NCBI GenBank assembly: GCA_965649295.1
Contig: CBFGKH010000004.1
Coordinates: 1 to 64,000, forward strand
Source: a candidate division WOR-3 bacterium
GTDB lineage: Bacteria; Hydrothermota; Tepidihabitantia; Tepidihabitantales; Tepidihabitantaceae
DNA: 64,000 bases
Direction of reading: 5' to 3'
Shown here: piece by piece, positions 1 through 8,719 of the stretch
Layout: each line of letters starts with the position of its first letter
How positions within the stretch are numbered: position 1 is the first letter of the stretch
Translations under genes and position numbers: made by a program
Notes under the pieces: model-generated
Databases searched by the model: none
Told to the model about the DNA's origin: nothing
What the model saw: the letters and a program-made list of their open reading frames with translations, nothing else

Positions 1-60
1 GGGGTGGGGGGCATCTGCCCGCCACCGCGTTTTTCGACAATTCTCTACACCCTTCATTCT

Positions 61-89
61 TTGACGAGAGCATAAGTCTGCCCTAGAAT
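61..89 (+). promoter_or_regulatory. Sigma70-type promoter for purF (probably leaderless)
   Basis: TTGACG(61-66)-17 nt-TAGAAT(84-89); ATG follows 6 nt later with no SD. Confidence 0.6.
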
Positions 90-95
90 CCCAGC

Positions 96-1526
96 ATGTG
101 CGGCGTGCTCGGACTGTCCTGTCGTCAGCCTGTAAACACCGACCTGGTTGAGGGCTTGCTAGCCCTACAGCATCGCGGTCAGGACTCAGCCGGCATCCTG
201 ACTTCTGACTCAACATTTCACCTCAAGAAGGGTAACGGAACGGTTGCTTCGGTCTTCAATGCTAAGAACCTGGCCCGCCTGACTGGCAATATCGGCATCG
301 GTCAAGTCCGATATCCGACAATCGGCCCTGGCACCGATGAAGACGCCCAGCCATTCTACCTGAACGCGCCTTTCGGCATTGCCATGGTCCACAACGGCAA
401 CGTCACAAACTACGAGTCACTGCGTCGCGAGCTTGTTCTACGTGACCACCGCCAGCTTACGAGCTGCTCGGACGTCGAGCCGATTCTCAATGTCTTTGCC
501 GAAGAACTCGAAAGGACTGACCTCAATCACTTCACCCCCGATTCCGTGTTTCAGGCAGTTGGTGGCGTATTTCGCCGTGTCCGCGGCGCCTACTCGGTAG
601 TTGCCCTCATTCAGGACAAGGGGCTGCTCGGATTCCGCGATCGGCACGGCATCAAGCCACTTCTTTTCGCTCGTCGTAACCGCGAGACTGCCTTTGCATC
701 GGAGAGCTGCGCCTTTGACCGACTTGGATTCTCTCGCTTCGACGACATCCTGCCCGGCGAAGCTGTATTCGTTGACCGTGCTGGCCGAGTTCATCGCCGC
801 CGCATCGCTCCAGCCGAACCCCGGCACTGCATCTTCGAATACGTGTACTTTGCCCGTCCTGACTCAATAATCGACGGCATCGAGGTTTACGAAGCACGAC
901 TACGCCTGGGTGAACGCCTAGCCAAAGAAGTGCAGGCTGCCGGTATCTGCCCAGACGTGATTGTGCCGATTCCCGATACCGCTCGCGCGGCAGCTAGCTC
1001 GCTGGCCGCCGCAACCGGAATCGAGCTGCGGGAAGGGCTTATCAAGAATCGCTACATCGCTCGCACATTCATCATGCACGGCCAAGACCGCCGTGCCCTT
1101 TCGGTTCGTCAGAAGCTCAATCCGGTGCGGTCCCAGATTCGCGGTCGCAAGGTGCTACTGGTTGATGACTCGATCGTCCGTGGCACGACATCACGCGAGA
1201 TTGTCCAGCTTGTCCGCGATGCCGGCGCCAGTGCCGTGTATTTGGCGATAACCGCCCCGCCACTACGGTTTCCGTGTTTCTATGGAATCGACATGATGAC
1301 TCGTGGTGAGTTCATCGCCAAAGGTCGCTCCATTGCCGCAATCAGCCGCGTCATCGGCGCCGATGCGCTTATCTACCAAACCTATGAGGGTCTGCTCGCT
1401 GCAGTTGCCGGCGGAAGAACCGGAACTGGCTTCTGCACTGCCTGTTTCACTGGCTGCTATCCAACCCGCATCACCCCGCAGGAGCTCGCCCGCATGGAGC
1501 GCGAACGTCGCCGCTGGATGCGATAG
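96..1526 (+). CDS. purF: Amidophosphoribosyltransferase
   Basis: N-terminal MCG (Ntn nucleophile Cys), LQHRGQDSAG, HNGN, CIFEYVYFARPDS, PRPP motif VDDSIVRGTT, Fe-S cysteines (PCFYGID, CTACF). Confidence 0.97.
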   Translation: MCGVLGLSCRQPVNTDLVEGLLALQHRGQDSAGILTSDSTFHLKKGNGTVASVFNAKNLARLTGNIGIGQVRYPTIGPGTDEDAQPFYLNAPFGIAMVHNGNVTNYESLRRELVLRDHRQLTSCSDVEPILNVFAEELERTDLNHFTPDSVFQAVGGVFRRVRGAYSVVALIQDKGLLGFRDRHGIKPLLFARRNRETAFASESCAFDRLGFSRFDDILPGEAVFVDRAGRVHRRRIAPAEPRHCIFEYVYFARPDSIIDGIEVYEARLRLGERLAKEVQAAGICPDVIVPIPDTARAAASSLAAATGIELREGLIKNRYIARTFIMHGQDRRALSVRQKLNPVRSQIRGRKVLLVDDSIVRGTTSREIVQLVRDAGASAVYLAITAPPLRFPCFYGIDMMTRGEFIAKGRSIAAISRVIGADALIYQTYEGLLAAVAGGRTGTGFCTACFTGCYPTRITPQELARMERERRRWMR

Positions 1527-1679
1527 CCCCTTCGGACGGTTGACTTCGGACTAACCCCACGTTAGACTTAGATGTAGGTTACTCCGAGCACCGCGCAGCC
1601 AAACGCGGTGATGACTGGTGAATCTTCGGAACTGGGCTTGTTCCGAAAACGCTCAACAGACAAGTGTGGAGGTGCTCCC

Positions 1680-2108
1680 ATGGAAGAGACAGCGATATTC
1701 AACAAGCTCGGCAAGTCGGTGTACCGACTTTGTGGCTCGGTCTTTTACGACTACCTCGGCAAGCCGCGGGGCTTTCTGGTTGGCAAGACCGTCTATGACC
1801 TTGCTGGCCAGCATCGTGGCTTCTATGTCCATAAGATCCTCTGGGACAGGATGGGACGGATTCTTGGCTTCACGATGAACGCCAGCTTCAACGGCGTGAT
1901 TCTCCCTTCACCCGACATCCCGCCGGTCCCGTTCAAGAACCTGCCAGCTCCGGCCTTGCCGGACAACCTGCGCGACCTGCCGATACCATCACTGCTTCCT
2001 GCCTGGTCGATGATGCGGCTGGAAAACCTGCTCGTGCTGTTACCGCCGTCGGCCTCGCCTGCCCGGCCGGCACCGGCAACACTTGACCTGTCGCCTTCAA
2101 CATCATAG
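1680..2108 (+). CDS. Hypothetical protein, 4-fold beta-flower-like repeats with Pro-rich tail
   Basis: Four short repeats (IFNKLGK, FYDYLGK, VYDLAGQ, LWDRMGR) then a Pro-rich segment; GGAGG SD at 1668-1672 before ATG 1680. Confidence 0.6.
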   Translation: MEETAIFNKLGKSVYRLCGSVFYDYLGKPRGFLVGKTVYDLAGQHRGFYVHKILWDRMGRILGFTMNASFNGVILPSPDIPPVPFKNLPAPALPDNLRDLPIPSLLPAWSMMRLENLLVLLPPSASPARPAPATLDLSPSTS

Positions 2109-2133
2109 CATAGGGAAACCAAAGGAGCATCTA

Positions 2134-2613
2134 GTGACCAAACGATCTCTCGTGCTAGCTGTTGTCGTAGCCTCGCTGCTACTGGCAGTCAACCCGGCTT
2201 GCACCAAGTGCGCCGGCGACATCGCCCAGAAGGCGACCGAAAAGGCGATCGAAACCGCCATCGAGAAGGGAACCGGTGGCAAGGTGAACATTGATGCCGG
2301 CTCCAACATTGACCTTACCGGCTTTCCGCCCGAACTCATCTACCCGGGTGCCAAACCAACTGGCAAGTGGACGATCACAAGTGAAGAAGGCACGGGTGCA
2401 ACCTATGTCTTTGAGACACCGGCGACAATCAAGCAGGTGAGTGACCACTTCAAGACTGCCCTCGCCGGCTGGAAAGCCATCGGCACAATGGAGAGCAACG
2501 AGAGCGTCGTGCTCACATTCCAGACCGCTGATGAAAAACAGAGCGCGGTCATCACGCTCAGCCCCAAAGAAGGTGGGGGCACCACTGTTGGCGTCGTCTA
2601 CAGCAAGAAGTGA
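2134..2613 (+). CDS. Putative lipoprotein/exported protein
   Basis: AAGGAG SD before GTG 2134; basic N-terminus, hydrophobic stretch, then Cys (..LLLAVNPAC). Confidence 0.65.
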   Translation: MTKRSLVLAVVVASLLLAVNPACTKCAGDIAQKATEKAIETAIEKGTGGKVNIDAGSNIDLTGFPPELIYPGAKPTGKWTITSEEGTGATYVFETPATIKQVSDHFKTALAGWKAIGTMESNESVVLTFQTADEKQSAVITLSPKEGGGTTVGVVYSKK

Positions 2614-2629
2614 TTCTGACTGTTCCGCG

Positions 2630-2667
2630 ATGCGAAGCGAGTCGTCCCGACTCGCTTCGCATTTCTT
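2630..2667 (+). terminator. Intrinsic terminator-like hairpin
   Basis: 15-bp perfect stem ATGCGAAGCGAGTCG/CGACTCGCTTCGCAT, 3-nt loop, then TTCTT. Confidence 0.75.
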
Positions 2668-2795
2668 GGGCTAAACCAACAACAGGGTCGCGAGCTCTCT
2701 CGCCTCATTGATTGACTAGCTCATTCAGGCGGCTAGAATCCGTCACGTTCAAGCTCAGTCATGACCGCTAATCAATACCACTGCTGGAGCTAACG

Positions 2796-3773
2796 ATGAT
2801 ACTGGCAATATGTGAACAGCGCGAAGGCAAGCTGAAGAAGGTGGCCTTCGAGTCCCTCTGTGTCGGCTATGCGATTGCCGAGCAGCGCGGTGACGAACTG
2901 ACCGCAGTGATTGCCGGCAGTGGCGTCACCCCGCTGGCCGCCGAAGTTGTCAAGTTCGGCGTCAAGAAGGTTTTCACTATCGATGACCCGGTGCTGGAAC
3001 GCTACACGTCCGATGGCTATGCCGGTGCCCTGGCCAGTTTCTGCCGCGAGCACGGACCAGCGGTCATTGTCACCAGCGCCACCACTCTCGGCAAAGACCT
3101 CTCCGCTTCACTTGCTGCCCGGCTTGAAGCTGCCATCGTCCCCGACTGCACCGCCTTTGAGTTCAACGCCGACGGCACGCTCGTTCTCACCCGGCCAATC
3201 TATGCCGGCAAGGCGATCACCCGGGTCAAGGCCCCGAGCGCGGCAACGCTCGTCATCTCGATGCGACCCCGTTCGGTCGCGCCGCTGCCCGAAACCGACA
3301 AGGGTGCTACGGTCTTGCCAAGCTCGGCCAAGCCAGACGAGCTTCGTACCCGTGTTACCGAGGTAGTCAAGGCCGTAACTAAGACGATCGAACTGACCGA
3401 GGCCGACATCATCATCTCCGGTGGCCGCGGCATGAAAGGCCCAGAGAATTACGCTCTGCTCGAAGAACTGGCCGCCGTCATCAATGCCGCTGTCGGTGCA
3501 TCGCGGGCGGCTGTTGATGCCGGCTGGCGCGACCACCAGTTCCAAGTCGGCCAGACCGGTAAGACCGTTGCCCCGCAGCTCTACATTGCCTGCGGCATCT
3601 CTGGCGCTATCCAGCACCTCGTCGGCATGATCAATTCCAAGTGCATCGTTGCCGTCAACAAGGACCCCGAGGCGAACATCATGAAGGTGGCCGATTACGG
3701 CATTGTTGGCGACCTCTTCACTGTCGTGCCACTGCTCACGGCCGAGTTCAAGAAACTACGGCAGAGCTCCTAG
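2796..3773 (+). CDS. etfA: Electron transfer flavoprotein alpha subunit
   Basis: [48 protein letters not shown] motifs. Confidence 0.95.
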   Translation: MILAICEQREGKLKKVAFESLCVGYAIAEQRGDELTAVIAGSGVTPLAAEVVKFGVKKVFTIDDPVLERYTSDGYAGALASFCREHGPAVIVTSATTLGKDLSASLAARLEAAIVPDCTAFEFNADGTLVLTRPIYAGKAITRVKAPSAATLVISMRPRSVAPLPETDKGATVLPSSAKPDELRTRVTEVVKAVTKTIELTEADIIISGGRGMKGPENYALLEELAAVINAAVGASRAAVDAGWRDHQFQVGQTGKTVAPQLYIACGISGAIQHLVGMINSKCIVAVNKDPEANIMKVADYGIVGDLFTVVPLLTAEFKKLRQSS

Positions 3774-3802
3774 TCAATGCTACCTGCCTGGCGCTAATCC
3801 CG

Positions 3803-4255
3803 ATGCCCAACACGACTCAATCCGATATTGCCGACATCCGCGCGATGCTCGACCTGATCCTCGACATCTCCGAACCGCCGGTTGCCCGTTGTCGGCTGCT
3901 ATCATCCGGGTTCGGCCCGTCCCACACCCTCAAGACCGAGGCCGAACTGACCGGATCACGCGCCTGCCTGGGCTGCGGCAACTGCGTTGACATCTGCTCA
4001 CTGCTTGCCCGTGAGCCAGCGCGACTGCAGAAGACTGCCCAGCGTACTTCGCTGGCCCTGGAGACAATGGTCGGGACTGACTGTGACCGCTGCTACGCGT
4101 GTGTGATGTCCTGCCCGCAGGTGGACACGACTATCAAACACTACATCGTCAGGACCAAGACGGTCGAACAGCTGCAACACCTGCTTGCACGCCTCGCTCC
4201 GACTGACGACTACTATGTCGATGCTTTCCTCGAGGAGGCCATCAATGGCTGCTAA
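3803..4255 (+). CDS. 4Fe-4S dicluster domain protein
   Basis: CLGCGNCVDIC and CDRCYACVMSCP; ATG 3803 chosen over the upstream start that overlaps etfA. Confidence 0.8.
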   Translation: MPNTTQSDIADIRAMLDLILDISEPPVARCRLLSSGFGPSHTLKTEAELTGSRACLGCGNCVDICSLLAREPARLQKTAQRTSLALETMVGTDCDRCYACVMSCPQVDTTIKHYIVRTKTVEQLQHLLARLAPTDDYYVDAFLEEAINGC

Positions 4256-4928
4256 CCTTGTTGATATCTACATTATGGGCGAACGGCACACGGTGCCGGA
4301 TTCGCTGACCATGCTGCAGGCAATGGAGTATGCCGGCTACAAACTGGTGCGCGGGGTCGGCTGCCGGGGCGGATTTTGCGGTGCCTGCGCCACGGTCTAT
4401 CGGCTGCCTGGCGACTATCACCTCCGCTTCGCTCTTGCCTGCCAGACCAAGGTCGAGCCGGGAATGCAGCTGGCGATGATCCCTCACTACCCGGCCAACC
4501 GCGCCCGTTATCAACTTGCTGACCTGCAAGGCAAGGGCCAGGAAGTAATTGCCTGTTATCCGGAAATGCTGCGCTGCTACGGTTGCAATACTTGCACCAA
4601 GTCCTGTCCGCAGGATATTGACGTCCTCGGCTACGTCTCGGCCATAGTTCGCGGCGACATCGCCGCCACTGCCGACATCTCGTTCGACTGTATTATGTGT
4701 GGTCTCTGCGTCTCCCGCTGTCCTGCCGAACTAGTCAAGCACAACGCCGCGCTGCTCTCGCGCCGACTCTATGGTCGCTACCTGGCACCGAAGTCGGCCC
4801 ACCTTGCCCAACGTCGCGCTGAAATAGCCGCCGGCAAGTTTGCTGCCGACATCGCTGCCCTGAAACAGGCCCAGCTTGACGAACTAAAGAGACGCTACGC
4901 CGAGCGTGAGATTGAGCCAGGAGAGTAG
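4245..4928 (+). CDS. Fe-S protein (2Fe-2S plus 2x4Fe-4S), SdhB/FrdB-like
   Basis: CRGGFCGAC..LAC, CYGCNTCTKSCP, CIMCGLCVSRCP; GAGGAGG SD before ATG 4245. Confidence 0.85.
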   Translation: MAANLVDIYIMGERHTVPDSLTMLQAMEYAGYKLVRGVGCRGGFCGACATVYRLPGDYHLRFALACQTKVEPGMQLAMIPHYPANRARYQLADLQGKGQEVIACYPEMLRCYGCNTCTKSCPQDIDVLGYVSAIVRGDIAATADISFDCIMCGLCVSRCPAELVKHNAALLSRRLYGRYLAPKSAHLAQRRAEIAAGKFAADIAALKQAQLDELKRRYAEREIEPGE

Positions 4929-4931
4929 CCG

Positions 4932-6539
4932 ATGAGCTATCCCAGCATTCTGCAGGATTCTTTGAATCGGGTTGTCGCCAGCCGTGAACGCCGGCTAGGC
5001 GAGACCTTTCCCCGCGCCACCGCCGAGGAAAAAGAACAGGTTCTCCGCGAGTACCATCCCGACTATCGAGCCGAGACCTTTGCTGCTCTGCGCGTCGGAC
5101 CGAACCAGGGCGACCGCACCCCAAAGGAACTCGCCCTGCTGCTCGAAGCCGACTCGACGCTCGACCCTAAGCAAGTCAAGCTCGATTCGCCTGACTACGA
5201 GACTGATGTATTGGTGATTGGCGGCGGTGGTGCCGGCTGCTCTGCCGCGCTCATGGCCGACAGCGCTGGTGCAAGTGTGCTGATTGCCACCAAGCTCCGC
5301 CTCGGCGACGCCAACACGATGATGGCCCAAGGCGGCATCCAGGCTGCTGACAAGGAAAATGACTCTCCGGCCATCCACTACCTCGACGTGCTCGGCGGCG
5401 GCCACTTTGCCAACGACCCTGACCTTGTCGAGGCGCTTGTCACCGACGCGCCCGAGGCAATCGCTTGGCTCGAAGAGCTGGGCGCAATGTTCGACAAGAA
5501 CCCAGACGGCTCGATGAAGACCATCCACGGCGGTGGCACTTCCCGCCGCCGGATGCACACTGCCCGCGACTACACCGGCGCCGAGATAATGCGCACGCTG
5601 CGCGACGAGGTTCGGTCCCGCGACCACATCCGGCTGCTTGAGTTCTCTCCGGCAGTCGAGTTGCTCAAGGACAGCCAAGGCACGGTCACGGGCGCTGTCC
5701 TGCTCAACCTGAACCTCAACCGCTACGCTGTTGTCCGGGCCAAGACCGTCATCGTCGCGACCGGTGGCTCGGGCCGACTCCACTACCAGGGCTTTCCGAC
5801 CTCAAACCACTACGGCGCTACCGGCGACGGCCTAGTGCTGGCCTATCGGGCCGGCGCTCGCCTTGCCTTCATTGACACGATGCAGTACCACCCGACCGGT
5901 GCTGCCTATCCCCAGCAGATACTGGGGCAGTTGGTGACCGAAAAGGTCCGCTCAATCGGAGCCCAGCTTGTCAATGCCGAAGGCGAGCAGTTCATCTACC
6001 CGCTCGAGACCCGCGACGTGGTAGCCTCGGCCATCATCCGTGAGTGCGCGCGCGGCAAGTGCGTCACCACCCCGACCGGCATCCAGGCGGTCTGGCTCGA
6101 CACCCCGATGATTGAGATTCGCCGCGGCCCCGGCACTGTCAAACGGGAGCTGCCGGCAATGGTGCGTCAGTTCGGCCGCCACGGCATTGATATCGCCAAA
6201 GAGCCGATGCTCGTCTATCCCACCCTTCACTATCAGAACGGCGGCGTCGCCATCAAGCCCGACTGCACTACTGCTGTCCCTTACCTCTTTGTCGCCGGCG
6301 AGGCCTCGGGCGGCGTCCATGGTCGTAACCGCCTGATGGGCAACTCACTGCTCGACGTGATTGTTTTTGGTCGTCGGGCCGGCATCGCCGCGGCCGAACA
6401 AGCCAAAGCCCGCGCCAGCAAGCTCGAACTGAGCCTCGAACACGTTGTTGCCTGGCGCAACGGCCTCAAGGCTGCCGGCCTTAGTACCGATGCCAAATCG
6501 CCACTCCTCCTCCCTGACTACACCCGTAGGGTATCCTGA
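4932..6539 (+). CDS. FAD-binding protein of the SdhA/FrdA/NadB family (soluble)
   Basis: GGGGAG FAD motif, MAQGG, QYHPT, HYQNGG, GRNRLMGNSL. Confidence 0.88.
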   Translation: MSYPSILQDSLNRVVASRERRLGETFPRATAEEKEQVLREYHPDYRAETFAALRVGPNQGDRTPKELALLLEADSTLDPKQVKLDSPDYETDVLVIGGGGAGCSAALMADSAGASVLIATKLRLGDANTMMAQGGIQAADKENDSPAIHYLDVLGGGHFANDPDLVEALVTDAPEAIAWLEELGAMFDKNPDGSMKTIHGGGTSRRRMHTARDYTGAEIMRTLRDEVRSRDHIRLLEFSPAVELLKDSQGTVTGAVLLNLNLNRYAVVRAKTVIVATGGSGRLHYQGFPTSNHYGATGDGLVLAYRAGARLAFIDTMQYHPTGAAYPQQILGQLVTEKVRSIGAQLVNAEGEQFIYPLETRDVVASAIIRECARGKCVTTPTGIQAVWLDTPMIEIRRGPGTVKRELPAMVRQFGRHGIDIAKEPMLVYPTLHYQNGGVAIKPDCTTAVPYLFVAGEASGGVHGRNRLMGNSLLDVIVFGRRAGIAAAEQAKARASKLELSLEHVVAWRNGLKAAGLSTDAKSPLLLPDYTRRVS

Positions 6540-6563
6540 TGCCATCGGCTCAGACTGGCTAGT

Positions 6564-7649
6564 ATGGACTTCAACTTCAGCGAAGATGCAGAAATGGTCC
6601 GGCAGACCGCGCACGAGTTCTTGCGCCGCGACCTGCTGCCCCAAGAGATGAACTACCACAATGCCAAGACCGCAGAAGAACGGCGGGCAATCGCTCTGGC
6701 AGCAACCGATAGCCTCAAAGAAATGGGACTGTACAGCGCTGGCGTACCCGAAGAGTTCGGCGGCGGCGGGCTTGGCCCGATTGAGACCTGTCTCATTGCC
6801 GAGGAACTCGGCCACACGATCATCCCGGTCGAATGGGGCGAGCCGACACCGCTGCTATATGAATGCAACGCGGCCCAGCAGCCTGCCTTTCTCAGGCCAG
6901 TGGTCGAGGGTTCGAAACATTACGCGGTTGCCTTTGCCGAGCCGCAACCGTTCTCCGACCCGGCCAAAATGAAGACAACTGCGACCGCCCAGGCTGACAG
7001 CTATCTGCTCAACGGCACAAAGCTGCTATCGCGCCCTGAGTTCGACTTCTGCCTCGTCTTTGCCACCGCAACCGGCCCGGCTGGCCCGATTGGCCCCACC
7101 TGCTTCATCCTCGACAGAGACACCCCGGGCACCAGCCTTGCCGGCAATCAACTAAGACTCTGCGACTGTACCCTACCTGCTGACCGCGTGCTCGGCACTG
7201 CGGGCAAAGCACTGCAGCTTGGACGCAAATGGTTTGCGCTCAGCCGGATTGTTCGGGCCGCAGCCATCCTTGGCACCTGTGACCGGTTACTCGAAGTGAG
7301 CGCCCAATACGCCCACGACTGGCTGCAAATGGGCCAACACATCTCCGAGCGCAAGCCAATTCAGCAGGCACTGGCTGACATCGCCGGTGATACCGAAGCT
7401 CTGCGCTGGCTTGTCTATCATACTGCTTGGCTCGCCGCCGAAGGTAAAAAAGTCGAATACGACTCGATGCTACTCCGGCTCCAGGCCGACCGCGTACTTA
7501 CCGACACCGTCAACCGCACGGTCCGCATCCACGGCGGCACGATACCGCCGATTGCCGAGTGGCTGACGCGTCGGGCTGCCGACGATGGCGTCGCCGACGG
7601 CCTCCGCCTTGCGGTCTCGCGCGAGACAATGGCGCGCATCCTGCCCTAG
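6564..7649 (+). CDS. Acyl-CoA dehydrogenase family protein (divergent)
   Basis: MDFNFSE start, VPEEFGGGG, AFAEP, LNGTK, IHGG; C-terminal catalytic region atypical. Confidence 0.8.
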   Translation: MDFNFSEDAEMVRQTAHEFLRRDLLPQEMNYHNAKTAEERRAIALAATDSLKEMGLYSAGVPEEFGGGGLGPIETCLIAEELGHTIIPVEWGEPTPLLYECNAAQQPAFLRPVVEGSKHYAVAFAEPQPFSDPAKMKTTATAQADSYLLNGTKLLSRPEFDFCLVFATATGPAGPIGPTCFILDRDTPGTSLAGNQLRLCDCTLPADRVLGTAGKALQLGRKWFALSRIVRAAAILGTCDRLLEVSAQYAHDWLQMGQHISERKPIQQALADIAGDTEALRWLVYHTAWLAAEGKKVEYDSMLLRLQADRVLTDTVNRTVRIHGGTIPPIAEWLTRRAADDGVADGLRLAVSRETMARILP

Positions 7650-7677
7650 CCCCCTGCTCGCAACCCGCACCAGCAAC

Positions 7678-7845
7678 TCGCAGCCAAGCCCCATCCTGAC
7701 CCTGCTACCGAGCCCAACCTTCAAACAGCAGCTCAACCCAAGACTCACTCTACGCCTCTGGCCGCAACTTGGCCTACCCCAGAGGCCTATCCTCAACCCG
7801 AACCTCTATCCAAGTCTCGCCTCGCAACCGAAGCCCTTATCCACC
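7678..7845. repeat. Degenerate 12-bp-period tandem tract (consensus approx. CCNMNNCTNANN), 14 units
   Basis: Read in 12-mers from 7678, position 1 is C in 12/14 units, position 7 is C in 12/14, position 8 is pyrimidine in 13/14 and position 10 is A in 10/14. Confidence 0.75.
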
Positions 7846-8088
7846 AGCGACTTAGCTCAGCAACCTAGCTTCTGATTCAGTCCGATTCTCGTCATCGCCT
7901 TGACAACGCAGTTGAGAAGGGGGTGACTCCCCCAGTCACTCCCAGAATACCGCTACGACTCCCGACCACTGCCCCATTGCCGGGTCTGGCCGCAAAGAGC
8001 GTAAGTAAGACAAAGAGAGAAATCAATCCGGCAGTGACCGTAGCGCTGTTCGGAGCGCTCGCCCGGCCGGGAAAGGATAGGTGCTACG

Positions 8089-8460
8089 ATGTCAGATGTA
8101 ACTAGACGGCTTGAAGCCTGGCAGGCCAAGTTCTCGCCGGACAAGGTGATGGCGATCCTGACCAGCCGGCGCGAAGCGATGGCGCGGCGCTACGCAGCCG
8201 CGATTGCCGACCTCTGCCTGATGGAGAGCGAAGTGAAGCAGGTGTTAGACAGCATTGGCGCGCCCACGCTTCAGTACGTTTACTACCTCGACTACGCCCG
8301 GCAGTTGTTCCGGCTGACGCGTCGCCAATCACTCAGCGGCGCAAGTTTCGACCTCGAATCGCAGGTCCTGCTCGAAAAGTGGGTGGCCCGCGGTCTCGAC
8401 CCGGCAATCCTCGGAAAGATTAGAAAGGACGTGTTCGGCGCCGACCCACCGGCACCGTGA
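8089..8460 (+). CDS. Small alpha-helical protein resembling the rudivirus (SIRV2-type) major capsid/DNA-binding protein
   Basis: SD-like AAGGATAGGTG upstream; RRLEAWQAKF, IL, V..VL...G, Y..Y, SG and DP.IL pattern colinear with the recalled SIRV2 MCP sequence. Confidence 0.7.
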   Translation: MSDVTRRLEAWQAKFSPDKVMAILTSRREAMARRYAAAIADLCLMESEVKQVLDSIGAPTLQYVYYLDYARQLFRLTRRQSLSGASFDLESQVLLEKWVARGLDPAILGKIRKDVFGADPPAP

Positions 8461-8719
8461 CCCGGGCTGACCCGCAAGGCCCCATCTGCCAGCCATCGTC
8501 TTTCCGCATCGCTCGGCTCGGGACGCGAACACCCAGATGTTCGGGCCAACCGATTGAAGAAGTGACGAGGATGGAAAGCAGCGTGATACAAATGATGCAG
8601 CAGCGATACCGGAGCACGATACTCAATATCCTCTCCCGGCATGCACGTCCTGGACCCAAAACGGTAGGTTTCAGCGCGGCGACGACTTGACTTACCAGCG
8701 CTTGACCGTAACATCGGCC

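Noticed and set aside
7585..7875. 96-aa ORF with P-x-L-x repeats spanning the periodic tract
   Set aside because: It starts inside the ACAD gene without an SD; the apparent peptide repeat follows from the DNA periodicity, so it is treated as non-coding (not proven)
7650..8000. Possible CRISPR array or VNTR
   Set aside because: No identical repeats of 23-47 nt with unique spacers and no cas genes; units share only phase positions
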